The notes beneath the pieces were generated by a model. It searched no databases. It was not told the DNA's origin and saw nothing but the letters and a program-made list of their open reading frames with translations. A program made the translations under genes and the position numbers. A stretch of DNA of 64,000 bases from an uncultured delta proteobacterium (GTDB taxonomy: Bacteria > Myxococcota_A > UBA9160 > UBA4427): NCBI GenBank assembly GCA_963822965.1, contig CAWGJT010000014.1, forward strand, positions 352,001 to 416,000, given 5' to 3'. Positions 1 to 10,062 of the stretch are shown here, piece after piece (within the stretch, counting starts at the first letter, position 1; the number at the start of each line of letters is the position of its first letter).

Positions 1-1460
<1,460 letters not shown>

Positions 1461-1619
1461 AGATGCAGGCCGGGTTACCCGCTGCGAACGAGGAGACCCA
1501 GCGGATTTCCGCCGTCGCGGCCGGGCCAGGAGCCCCACGGGTGCTCCCGCAGCGGTCGGCGCTCACCCCGGCGCGCGCCGGGGGGAGCCCCGGGGCCGAG
1601 GGCGACGCGCGGAGCGGGC

Positions 1620-2849
1620 TCAGCCGGTCCGCGTCACCTCGAGGAAGACCTCTTTGAAGCGGGCCATGTCTTCGGGGCTGCCGAGAGAGATGCGGACGTG
1701 GGTGGGCCAGACGGGCCACGGGCGGCCGATGTAGACGCCCCGCGCCGCCATGGCCTCGATCACCTGCCCGGTGGGCATGCGCGCGTCGACCATCAGCTTC
1801 GAGCTCACCGAGGGCGTGTAGGCGAAGCCGTGCGCGTCCAGGAATCGCATCAGGTCGGCACGGACGCCGGCCATCATCTTCTTGCGCCGGGGGACGAGCT
1901 CGGGCTCCTGCAGCATGGCGTTGGCGGCCGCCATCGCCGTGGCGGGCATGGCCCCCGCCTTGTACGCGGTGACCCGGGCGAGGAGGTCGGGGCGGGCGAT
2001 GGCGAAGCCCGCGCGCAGCCCGGCCATGCCGTAGATCTTGGAGAAGGTCCGCAGCACGACCACGTCCTTGCCGGCCCGCACGAGATCGATGCCCGGCGGC
2101 TCGTCGCACAGGTGGATGTAGGCCTCGTCGAGCAGCATGACGCTGCCGGCGGGCCGGTGCTCGTAGAGCCACTCGATCTCGGCGCGGGGGGTTACCGTGC
2201 CCGTCGGATTGTTGGGATTGCAGACGTAGAACAGCCCCGTCGGCGTCTCGCCAGCCGCTGCGAGCATGCCCTTCACGTCGTGGGCGCCGCCCTTCGCCAA
2301 CGGGACGCGCACCACCCGGGCTCCGATCCACTCCGCCGCTCGGGCGGCCGCCTCGTAGCCCGGGTCGGAGGTGACGAGCGCGCGACCGGGCGACGTGAAG
2401 GCGATGACGGCATGATGGAGGGCGAGGCTGGAGCCCGGGTAGGCGGCGAAGTGGTCCGCCGCGAGGCCCTCCATCCGGGCCGCCGTCGCCAGCAGGTCGT
2501 CCGTCTCGGGGTACTGGTAGCGATTGCCCCGGCGCGCGACCGCCAGGAGGGCCTCCAGTGCACGCTCCGAGGGGCCCACCGGGAACTCGTTGGCGTTGAT
2601 CTTGACGGCGCCCTCGGGCAGTCGTCCGCCCAGGCTCGAGAGCTGGGCGAGCGCCGTCTCCGACGAGAAGGGCAGCGTCGCCCCCGCCCCCACCAGGGCG
2701 ATCACCCGCATCAGGCCGCGCCGGGTGAAGCCCCGGGCCGAGAGGTCGTCCAGGATCTCCGCCGGCAGGCTGCCCGCGGCTCCGGTGCCGGCGCGAGCCC
2801 CGGCGGGCTCGCTGAAGACGGTCGTGGTCGGTCGGTCGACGGCATGCAT
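1620..2849 (-). CDS. PLP-dependent aminotransferase, HisC-like class I/II, with Tat signal peptide
   Basis: Motifs INANEFP, YVCNPNNPTG, LLDEAY, RTFSKIYGMAGLRAG (PLP lysine); N-terminal FTRRGLMR-hydrophobic-ALA twin-arginine signal. True start may be downstream of 2849. Confidence 0.88.
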   Translation of the reverse strand: MHAVDRPTTTVFSEPAGARAGTGAAGSLPAEILDDLSARGFTRRGLMRVIALVGAGATLPFSSETALAQLSSLGGRLPEGAVKINANEFPVGPSERALEALLAVARRGNRYQYPETDDLLATAARMEGLAADHFAAYPGSSLALHHAVIAFTSPGRALVTSDPGYEAAARAAEWIGARVVRVPLAKGGAHDVKGMLAAAGETPTGLFYVCNPNNPTGTVTPRAEIEWLYEHRPAGSVMLLDEAYIHLCDEPPGIDLVRAGKDVVVLRTFSKIYGMAGLRAGFAIARPDLLARVTAYKAGAMPATAMAAANAMLQEPELVPRRKKMMAGVRADLMRFLDAHGFAYTPSVSSKLMVDARMPTGQVIEAMAARGVYIGRPWPVWPTHVRISLGSPEDMARFKEVFLEVTRTG

Positions 2850-2984
2850 GGCGGCTCCTCCCTGTGCCTCCGCCGAACGCCCACTGGCTGAAAAGCGACG
2901 CCCGGGTGGCTACCCGCGCCGGTCGATATTAGCTTCCCCGCCCTCACGGACCCGCATCGGGTGTGGAGAAGGAAGGAGCAGCGA

Positions 2985-3299
2985 ATGGCAGCCAGGAAGA
3001 AGCGCGGCGGCAGCAAGAAGGCGAGCCGCGGAAAGAAGAGGAGTGTGAAGAAGAAGGCGGCGAAGAAGCCGGCCGGAAAGAAGAAGGGCGCCTCCAAGAA
3101 GGCCACAAAGAAGAAGGCCACAAAGAAGAAGGTCGGAAAGAAGAAGGCCGGCAGGAAGAAGGCCGGCAGGAAGACCGGCCGCTCGAAGCCCTCGACCCGG
3201 AAGGCCACGAGCAGGACGGGAACGAGCGACACCCCCGTGACCTACAGCGATATCCGTCGCTCCACGCCGATCCTGTCGCGACTGCTTCGCGGCAGCTGA
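2985..3299 (+). CDS. Histone H1-like Lys/Ala-rich basic protein
   Basis: GGAAGGAG RBS then MAARKKRGGSKK...; extremely Lys-rich with KKATK/KKAGR pentapeptide repeats; short non-repetitive C-terminus PVTYSDIRRS. Confidence 0.75.
   Translation: MAARKKRGGSKKASRGKKRSVKKKAAKKPAGKKKGASKKATKKKATKKKVGKKKAGRKKAGRKTGRSKPSTRKATSRTGTSDTPVTYSDIRRSTPILSRLLRGS
3096..3180 (+). repeat. 15-bp coding tandem repeat (aagaaggccacaaag-type), about 5.5 copies
   Basis: Units begin at 3096, 3111, 3126, 3141, 3156 and 3171 and encode KKATK KKATK KKVGK KKAGR KKAGR. Confidence 0.85.
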
Positions 3300-3310
3300 G
3301 CGCCCGCCGG

Positions 3311-3336
3311 GCTCGCCGACCGCCGGGTCGGCGAGC
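3311..3336. terminator. Perfect 11-bp hairpin between convergent genes
   Basis: GCTCGCCGACC-GCCG-GGTCGGCGAGC just after the H1-like stop; no U-tract. Confidence 0.55.
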
Positions 3337-3447
3337 TCCCGGCCCACGGCCAGGGCAGGCCCACCTACCGCTCGCCGGGCTACACGGAGGCTGGCGGCAA
3401 CCGGGTCGAGGGCCGCTGAGCGTCTCGCGTTGGCTGGCGCCGGCCCG

Positions 3448-4788
3448 CTACCAGTGCCAGCCCCAGTCCTGCTCGAAGTCGTTGAGCTGAACCACGACCC
3501 GGGACTGGGTCGACGGCAGGTTCGGCACGTTCACCATGCGCGCCGCCCCGAAGTCGCCCCGCGGAACCGTCAGGACCGAGACGGTACCCGGCGGGTCCGT
3601 CGGAATGAACAGGTCGGCACCGGTGAGGAAGCCCAGGAACGGGAACGGGTTCGGGACGCTCGTCAGGTGGTCGACGCCGTCGGAGCCCACGTCGAAGAGG
3701 AAGAACGCCGACGAGGCCGCGCCGACCGCGCCGGAAGGCGCCGTGGTCGGGTTGATGACGTCCGTCCCGTTGATGGAGAGGACGTCGTTCTGGGCGCCCC
3801 GATCCCCCCAGAACTCCTTGAAGCGCACCACCGTCAGGGCCGTGTGGGCGTCGCTCGACTCGATGAACGGAGCGAGCCCGAGCGCCACGTTGAGCCGCAC
3901 CAGATCGTCGCTGTGGAAGAACGGCTCGTAGTAGTAGTTCAGGTCGGTGTCGCCTTCGCGCGTCACGGCGAGCTCATAGTGCTTGCCGATCCAGGCACGG
4001 AAGGGGCCGAACTCGCCGTCGGGACCGATCGCCCAGGTGGCCACCGGATGGTGACCAACGCGCTCGCCGGTGTCGCCGTCCACGCGCCAGACCTCCAGGG
4101 TGGCGCCGTCGAGGCCGGTGTTCTGGGGGAAGGCCGTCACCCTGCCGGAGATCCTGGGCCGGATCTCGGGCAGGATCTTCGACGTGAGCGGCGGATGTCC
4201 ACGGAAGAAGCCGTACATCTCGACGAACGACTCCTCGGACGTCGCCACCTGGATGTGCTCCTGGTCGGGCACCGTTACGTTGACGGCGCCGACGATCTCG
4301 GGCGCCGGGTCGCGGTCGATGGCGCCGGCCCACAGGGCGAGTGTGGGTACCCCGCCCGGCGGCGCGGCGGCGGGAGCGCCGTCGATGTTCACGTAGTGGG
4401 CCACGTTGGCAGCGCGCTCGGGCGTGGACAGGTAGCTCTGGGACACGAAGGTGCCGAGCGAATGCCCGAGGAGATCCACCTGGTCGCGACCGGTCTCCGC
4501 CTGCAGCTCGGCGATGAGGTCGTCGAGTCGGGCGAGGACGTCGGGAAGGATCGTGCCGATGGACGAGGAGTCGTACTCGAGCACGCGGATGTAGCTCTGC
4601 GGGTAGCCGTTGCTCGTGAAGCGCATGGCCTGGGACTCGAACTGGGCGCCGGATCCGGAGCCGCCGTGCACGAAGATCATCGGGTTGAGGTCCTTCTTCT
4701 CGCAGGACCCGAATCCCAGCAGGATGGGGAGCGCCAGGGCCACCAGCGCCCAGCGCAGCGCTTGCAGTGCCTTCCGGTGCTTCTGCAT
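3448..4788 (-). CDS. Alpha/beta-hydrolase lipoprotein, Archaeoglobus AFL-type lipase
   Basis: Lipobox-like FGSC; PMIFVHGGSGSGAQFESQAMRFTSNGYP, nucleophile GHSLG, EHIQVATS and a C-terminal beta-rich domain recall the A. fulgidus lipase AFL architecture. Confidence 0.8.
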   Translation of the reverse strand: MQKHRKALQALRWALVALALPILLGFGSCEKKDLNPMIFVHGGSGSGAQFESQAMRFTSNGYPQSYIRVLEYDSSSIGTILPDVLARLDDLIAELQAETGRDQVDLLGHSLGTFVSQSYLSTPERAANVAHYVNIDGAPAAAPPGGVPTLALWAGAIDRDPAPEIVGAVNVTVPDQEHIQVATSEESFVEMYGFFRGHPPLTSKILPEIRPRISGRVTAFPQNTGLDGATLEVWRVDGDTGERVGHHPVATWAIGPDGEFGPFRAWIGKHYELAVTREGDTDLNYYYEPFFHSDDLVRLNVALGLAPFIESSDAHTALTVVRFKEFWGDRGAQNDVLSINGTDVINPTTAPSGAVGAASSAFFLFDVGSDGVDHLTSVPNPFPFLGFLTGADLFIPTDPPGTVSVLTVPRGDFGAARMVNVPNLPSTQSRVVVQLNDFEQDWGWHW

Positions 4789-4936
4789 GACCGATTCCTC
4801 CTCGTTCTTCCGGCTTCGTTCGGGGCTCCCTCGGGCGCCGCGCCCGGGACCTCGTCCCGTCGGGGTCTCGACCGGTTCCAGTGTCAGCGTGCACCAGGAT
4901 TGGCGGCAATCGATATGGATTCTCGTGATACAGTGT

Positions 4937-4951
4937 ATTCACGCCATGAAT
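4937..4951. promoter_or_regulatory. LysR T-N11-A operator overlapping the LysR start codon
   Basis: Palindrome ATTCA-CGCCA-TGAAT. Confidence 0.65.
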
Positions 4952-5866
4952 CTTCGTTCGGTGGACCTGAACCTGCTCGTGGCTCTGGACGCGCTGGTCG
5001 CGGAGCGGAGCGTCACCCGCGCCGGTCGGCGCCTGGGGTTGAGCCAGCCTGCCGCGAGCAATGCGCTGCGGCGCCTGCGGCAGACCCTCGACGACCCGGT
5101 GCTGGTCCGGACGTCGAGGGGCATGGTGCCGACCCCACGCGCCCTGGAGCTGGTCGGCCCGGTCCGCAAGCTGCTGGCGGAGCTGGACGCGGCCCTCAGC
5201 ACGGAGAAGGCGTTCGATCCCGCCCGTGCCGAGCACGTCTTCCGGGTGACGGCCGTGGACCACGCCTGGGTGGTGCTGCTGCCCCATCTGGCGAGGCTCC
5301 TCGCCGAGCAGGCCCCTTGGGTCCGGCTGGACTTCTGCGCGTTCAGCGATTCCATCGACGACGATCTCGAGTCGGGCAGCGTCGATGCCGCCATCCTGGT
5401 GGGGACGGCCAACGGCCGGGGTGCGGGCTTCCGGCGCGCGGAGCTCTACGATGATCACTTCGACTGCCTGGTGCGCCGGGGTCATCCGCGCGTCGGGCGG
5501 CGGCTCACCCTGAAGCGCTATCTCGAGCTCGGCCACGTCCTGGCGTCGCCCCGCAGCCGCCGGGGCGGGCTCGTCGACCGCGCCTTGCAGAAGCGGGGGC
5601 TCGTTCGTCGCGTCCACGTGATCGTTCCGCACTTCGTGGCGGCGCCGTTCGTGGTGGCCCAGACCGATCTCATCGCCACGCTCCCGCGCGGCGTCGCGCG
5701 ACCGTTCTCGGAGATGCTCGACCTGCGCGTCTTTCCGCCGCCCGTGGCCTTCGAAGGGGGGCCCTGGTACCTCGTCTGGCACGAGCGGACCCTTCACGAT
5801 CCCGCCCACGCCTGGCTGCGTGAGCAGATCCTGGCGGTGAGCGTCGGGTTGCGGGGCACCACGTAG
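4946..5866 (+). CDS. LysR-family regulator (NodD/NahR/DntR-like)
   Basis: MNLRSVDLNLLVALDALVAERSVTRAGRRLGLSQPAASNALRRLR HTH; C-terminal WHERTLHDPAHAWLR; divergent from the lipase. Confidence 0.95.
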   Translation: MNLRSVDLNLLVALDALVAERSVTRAGRRLGLSQPAASNALRRLRQTLDDPVLVRTSRGMVPTPRALELVGPVRKLLAELDAALSTEKAFDPARAEHVFRVTAVDHAWVVLLPHLARLLAEQAPWVRLDFCAFSDSIDDDLESGSVDAAILVGTANGRGAGFRRAELYDDHFDCLVRRGHPRVGRRLTLKRYLELGHVLASPRSRRGGLVDRALQKRGLVRRVHVIVPHFVAAPFVVAQTDLIATLPRGVARPFSEMLDLRVFPPPVAFEGGPWYLVWHERTLHDPAHAWLREQILAVSVGLRGTT

Positions 5867-5920
5867 CCCGCCGCGCCCACCGTCGCGCGACCGGCTTCGA
5901 TACCGTCGCGGATCGCGTGC

Positions 5921-8218
5921 CTACAACGTCTCCACGCGGGCGGGGGTGTGCTTGTGCCACGGCGTGCCGGCGAGCCAGTCGCGGTCCTCGCTGCGGGTGA
6001 GCTCGTTGGGCGCGACGCCGGTGGTCACCGGTCGTCCGCCGGCGTCGGGGAAGTCGAGCCCGAGCCCGTTCGGCAGCGAGACGTGGCCGGGCTGCATGCG
6101 ATCCGAGAGCTCGACCGACACCTCGGCGCTGCCGCGGCGGGTCGAGAGCCGCACGCGGTCCGCCGTCCGAGACCCCCACGTGCTTCGCGTCCTCGGGGTT
6201 CATGCGCAGGGCGCCCTCGCGGTCCTTCTGCCGCCACGCGGGGTTGCGGATGATGGTGTTGGCGGTGAACGAGCGGCGCTCGCCCGCCGACAGCACGAAC
6301 GGGAAGTCGGGGCTCGCGCTCGGCCTCGGGACCTGCCGCCAGGGCGTCGAGCTCCTCGAAGAGCTCGTCCACCGCCAGCTGGATCCGGTGGTTCGGCGTG
6401 CCCAGCCGCTCGAAGCTCTCCTGCCAGTCGATCGATGGCGAACACCACAGCGCTCTTGCTCGTGAGCAGGGCGTCGAAGAGCGCGTCGCCCGCTTCGCCG
6501 GGCTCGCCCGTGAAGCCCGCACGCGCGAGCGAGCGCGCCGTTGCGCTGGGCGGCGATCTGGCAGAGGGCCCAGACGCCGGCCGCCTCGGCGAGGCCCTCG
6601 GGCAGCAGGTCGCCGATCGCGCGATAGAGCACCGCCGGCGCCACGCCGAAGAGCTGCGGGTTCGCGCCGGCCAGCTCGAAGAACTTCGCGCGGAACGCCT
6701 CGCGGCCCTCGCCCCAGGCGGCAGCGCAGCGACGCCACCGCTTCCGCGGGCATGGCGCCGAGCGCCTCCAGCAGGCGCGCGTGGAGCTCCGCCTCGGAGA
6801 AGAGCCCGGGCGGCGGCGGCAGCAGCGGCCTTGCGCAGGTGGAAGTAGTTGTGCGGGAACTCGAAGTTGAAGAAGGTGGCCTCGGCCTTCTCGAACTGGC
6901 TGGCCACCGGCAGCACGTAGTCGGCGAGCCGCGCGGTCTCGGTGAAGGCGACGTCGATCACCACCACGAGGTCGAGGGCGGCGATCGCCTCGCGCATGCG
7001 CGCGCTGTCGGCGAGGGAGTGGGCCGGGATTGCCGCTCTCGACGAGGAGGGCGCGGAAGCGCTTCGGGTGGTCGGTCAGGATCTCGTCGGGGATCACGTT
7101 GCAGGGGGTGAGGCCGCCGATCACCCGGGCGCCGGTCACGGGCGTGCGCCGGGACGGGCCGTCGCCGCCCTCCTTGCCGACGGCGAGCGGGCACGAACGG
7201 CACCGGCACGTAGGCGGCGCCCGGCTTGCCGAAGTTGCCCGGTCAGGAAGACGAGGAGCTTGTGCAGGTAGGAGACGAGCGTCGAGTGCCGGTTCATCTG
7301 CACGCCCAGGTCCTCGAAGGTGGCCAGGCTCGAGGCGGCGGCGATGCGCCGCGCCGCGGCGCGCACCGTCTCCTCGGGAACGCCGCAGGCCGCGCAGTAG
7401 TCGGCGACCGGGAGCGTCTCGAAGTGGGGCAGCACCTGCTCGAGGCCGTCGGCGTGGTCGTCGAGCCAGGCGCTCGCGATGCGGTCCTCCTGCACCAGCA
7501 CCGCGATCAGCGCCGCCAGCAGCCAGGCGTCGGTGCCGGGCTTCACCTGGAGGTGGACGTCGGCGATCTCCGCGGTCTCGGTGCGCCGCGGGTCGATCAC
7601 GATCAGGCAGCGGCTCGGGTCCTTGGCGATCTCGCGCAGGGTCACGCGGGCCCGCGGGATGCCGTGGGAGAACCAGGGGTTCTTGCCCAGGAAGAGCGCG
7701 ACCTCGCAGTGCTCGAAGTCGGCGCGCGTGTAGCCGCCGATCATGCGGTGGGCCACCCAGAACTCGCCCGTCTTCTCCTGGGCGAGGGCGCTCGAGCGGT
7801 GGACCGAGCCCAGCGCGGCGCGGGTGCTGCGCCCGTAGGCGCCGGGCAGGTGGTTGCCCTGGCCGCCGCCTCCGTAGTAGAAGATCGACTCGCCGCCGTG
7901 GGCGTCGCGGACCGCGGCGAAGCGGGCGGCCACCTCGCGGATCGCCGTGTCCCAGTCGATCTCCTCGAAGCTGCCGTCCGGGCGGCGGCGCAGGGGCTTC
8001 GTGAGGCGGTGGGGTCCGTTCTGGTAGAAGTCCAGACGCGAGGGCTTCTCGCAGGCATAGCCCCGGGACGCGGGATGGGCGTCGTCGCCGCGCACGCGCA
8101 GCAGGCGGCGGCCGTCGGCGCCGCCGAGCTGGACCTCGATCCCGCAGTTGCACTCGCACAGGATGCAGGCGGTGGACTTCCATTCGGACGGCGTGGGGCG
8201 GCGGAGCTGCTCGGACAC
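5921..8218 (-). CDS. Molybdopterin oxidoreductase (DMSO reductase superfamily), several frameshifts
   Basis: GTG start with AGGAG RBS; CILCECNC...YACEK Fe-S motif, RLTKPLRR, VIDPRRTETA, LDLVVVIDVAFTETARLADYVLP and C-terminal LRMNPEDA...PGHVSLPNG spread over different frames; no Tat signal. Confidence 0.88.
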
Positions 8219-8247
8219 GCGGTCTCTCCTCGGGGGCGCGTTGCTCG

Positions 8248-8950
8248 CTACCAGCTCTCTCCGAACGGCCGGAGATCGAGCTCGAAGGTCCAGGCCGAGC
8301 GTTCCTGGTGCACCACGTGGTGCACGGCGTCGGCGATGCCGGCGGGCTGGATGAAGAAGTCGTCGGGACGGTCGGCCCAGGCCTGCCGTGTCCACGGCAC
8401 GTCGATCACGGCGTCGATCACCACGTAGGCGACGTGAACGCCCTTGGGACCCAGGGAGCGCGCCAGGGACTCGGCCAGGATGCGCTGGGCCGCCTTGGTG
8501 GGTGCGAAGCCGGCAAAGGCGGCCTTGCCGCGCCAGGCGGACGTGTTGCCCGTGATCGCGATGGCGCCGCGTCCCGCCTCGATCATCGCCGGCGCCAGCT
8601 CCTGGGCGAGCACGAGCAGCGAGGTCACGTTCACCCGGAAGCGCCGCTCGAGGGCTTCCGGGGCCACGCTCTCGAAGCTGCCGAAGCCGCCGGCGACCGC
8701 GTTGTGGAGCAGCACCTCGGGAGAACCGAGCCGCTCGCGCACCTGCTGCAGGGTGGCGCGCAGCGCGTCGAGGTCGCCCACGTCCACCGGGAAGGCGGCT
8801 GCATCGGGCAGCTCCGCGGCCAGCTGCTCGAGCCGTTCCGCGCTCCGGGCCAGCAGGGCCACGCGGTAGCCGTCCGCCGCGAAGCGGCGGGCGAGGGCGG
8901 TCCCGGTACCCGGTCCGACCCCCGTCACGACGCAGACCCGTTCGACCCAT
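8248..8950 (-). CDS. Short-chain dehydrogenase/reductase
   Basis: VCVVTGVGPGTG, LLHNA, TGNTSAWRG, FAPTKAAQR, GVHVAYVVIDAVID, WTFELDLRP. The ATG at 8950 is one base out of frame (extra G in a run), probably a sequence error. Confidence 0.9.
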
Positions 8951-8968
8951 GGCGGGATGGATAACCGG

Positions 8969-8991
8969 TTTGGTTGCTTTACGCAACCAAA
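8969..8991. promoter_or_regulatory. Inverted repeat, probable HxlR-family operator
   Basis: TTTGGTTGC-TTTAC-GCAACCAAA, perfect 9-bp arms in the 65-bp divergent gap. Confidence 0.7.
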
Positions 8992-9015
8992 ATTCCGCGG
9001 TAGACTTGCCGGGCC

Positions 9016-9509
9016 ATGGGGCGAAAGCGCTTTTGCCGACATGAACTGCGGGATCGGCCAGGCGCTCGAGGTGCTGGGCGACTGGTGGACTCTGCTGATC
9101 GTTCGCGACGCCTTCTTCGGGGTGCGCCGCTTCGGGGACTTCGAGCGCAGCCTCGGGATCGCGAAGAACATCCTGTCGGCGCGCCTGCAGCACCTGGTCG
9201 ACCACGGAATCCTCGAGCGGGTGGACGTCGCGCAGCGTCGGACACCGCTTCGAGTACCGCCTCAGCGAGAAGGGCGAGGCGCTGCTGCCCGTCCTGACCG
9301 CCCTGCGCGAGTGGTCCGACGAGTGGGTCTTCGGGCGCGGCCACGAGCCCGTGATCGTCCAGGACCGCCGGACGGGGCGGCGGCTCCCGAAGCTGCGCGT
9401 CACCGACGCCGATGGCCGGCCGCTCTCGCGGCGCGACCTGCGGACCGTGCCCGGACCCGGCGCCGCGAAGGACACGATCCGCCGGTTGCAGCCCCGAGAG
9501 CCCGACTGA
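9016..9509 (+). CDS. HxlR-family winged-helix regulator (two frameshifts)
   Basis: Stitched MGRKRF/ADMNCGIGQALEVLGDWWTLLIVRDAFFGVRRFGDF...LSARL.../FEYRLSEKGEALLPVLTALREWSD. Confidence 0.88.
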
Positions 9510-9532
9510 GCCCGGCCCGTGCGGGTCGGTGG

Positions 9533-10018
9533 CTATCCCTCGCAGCGACCGGACGTGCCGTAGCCGGCGACGCCGCCCGTGCAGGCGAGCCCGGGGCAGC
9601 ACTCGACGCTGGAGCGGCAGGCGAGACCGGCGCCGCTGCAGGCGGCGACCGCCGGCGGGTGCGCGGTGCGCGGGGCAGGGCGTGGCGCCGACTCGCCCGG
9701 GTCGGACCCCCGGTGCGAGGCCCCGATGGCGTCGTGCGTCCGCCGCAGCTCCGCCTCGAGCCCGTCGTCGACCCCACCGCCTTCGCCGGGCTCGTCCGGC
9801 TCGCGGGTGGCGGCCACTTCCGGCCCGCCGATCGCATCGCCCGCGCCGTCCGGGAGGAAGCCGCCCGGTCGCGTCTCGCCGGCGGTCCGGTGCGTCACGT
9901 GCCTGCGAGCCGGAGATCGGGGACGGCCTCGGCTCGGAGCTCCAGTCGTGGGTGAGCGCAGCCACGCTGCCCGCCGCGGCGGCGGCGAGGAACGCCGCCA
10001 GTAGCCACGGGTCGTCAT
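9533..10018 (-). CDS. Small exported protein with a C-terminal 6-Cys knottin-like motif (frameshifted)
   Basis: AGGAGAGG RBS then ATG; hydrophobic LLAAFLAAAAAGSVAAL leader, low-complexity linker, C-terminus CSGAGLACRSSVECCPGLACTGGVAGYGTSGRCEG. Confidence 0.55.
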   Translation of the reverse strand: MTTRGYWRRSSPPPRRAAWLRSPTTGAPSRGRPRSPARRHVTHRTAGETRPGGFLPDGAGDAIGGPEVAATREPDEPGEGGGVDDGLEAELRRTHDAIGASHRGSDPGESAPRPAPRTAHPPAVAACSGAGLACRSSVECCPGLACTGGVAGYGTSGRCEG

Positions 10019-10062
10019 GGATCCTCTCCTGCTTCCTTCTTCCTGGGCTCGGCGCCACAAGG

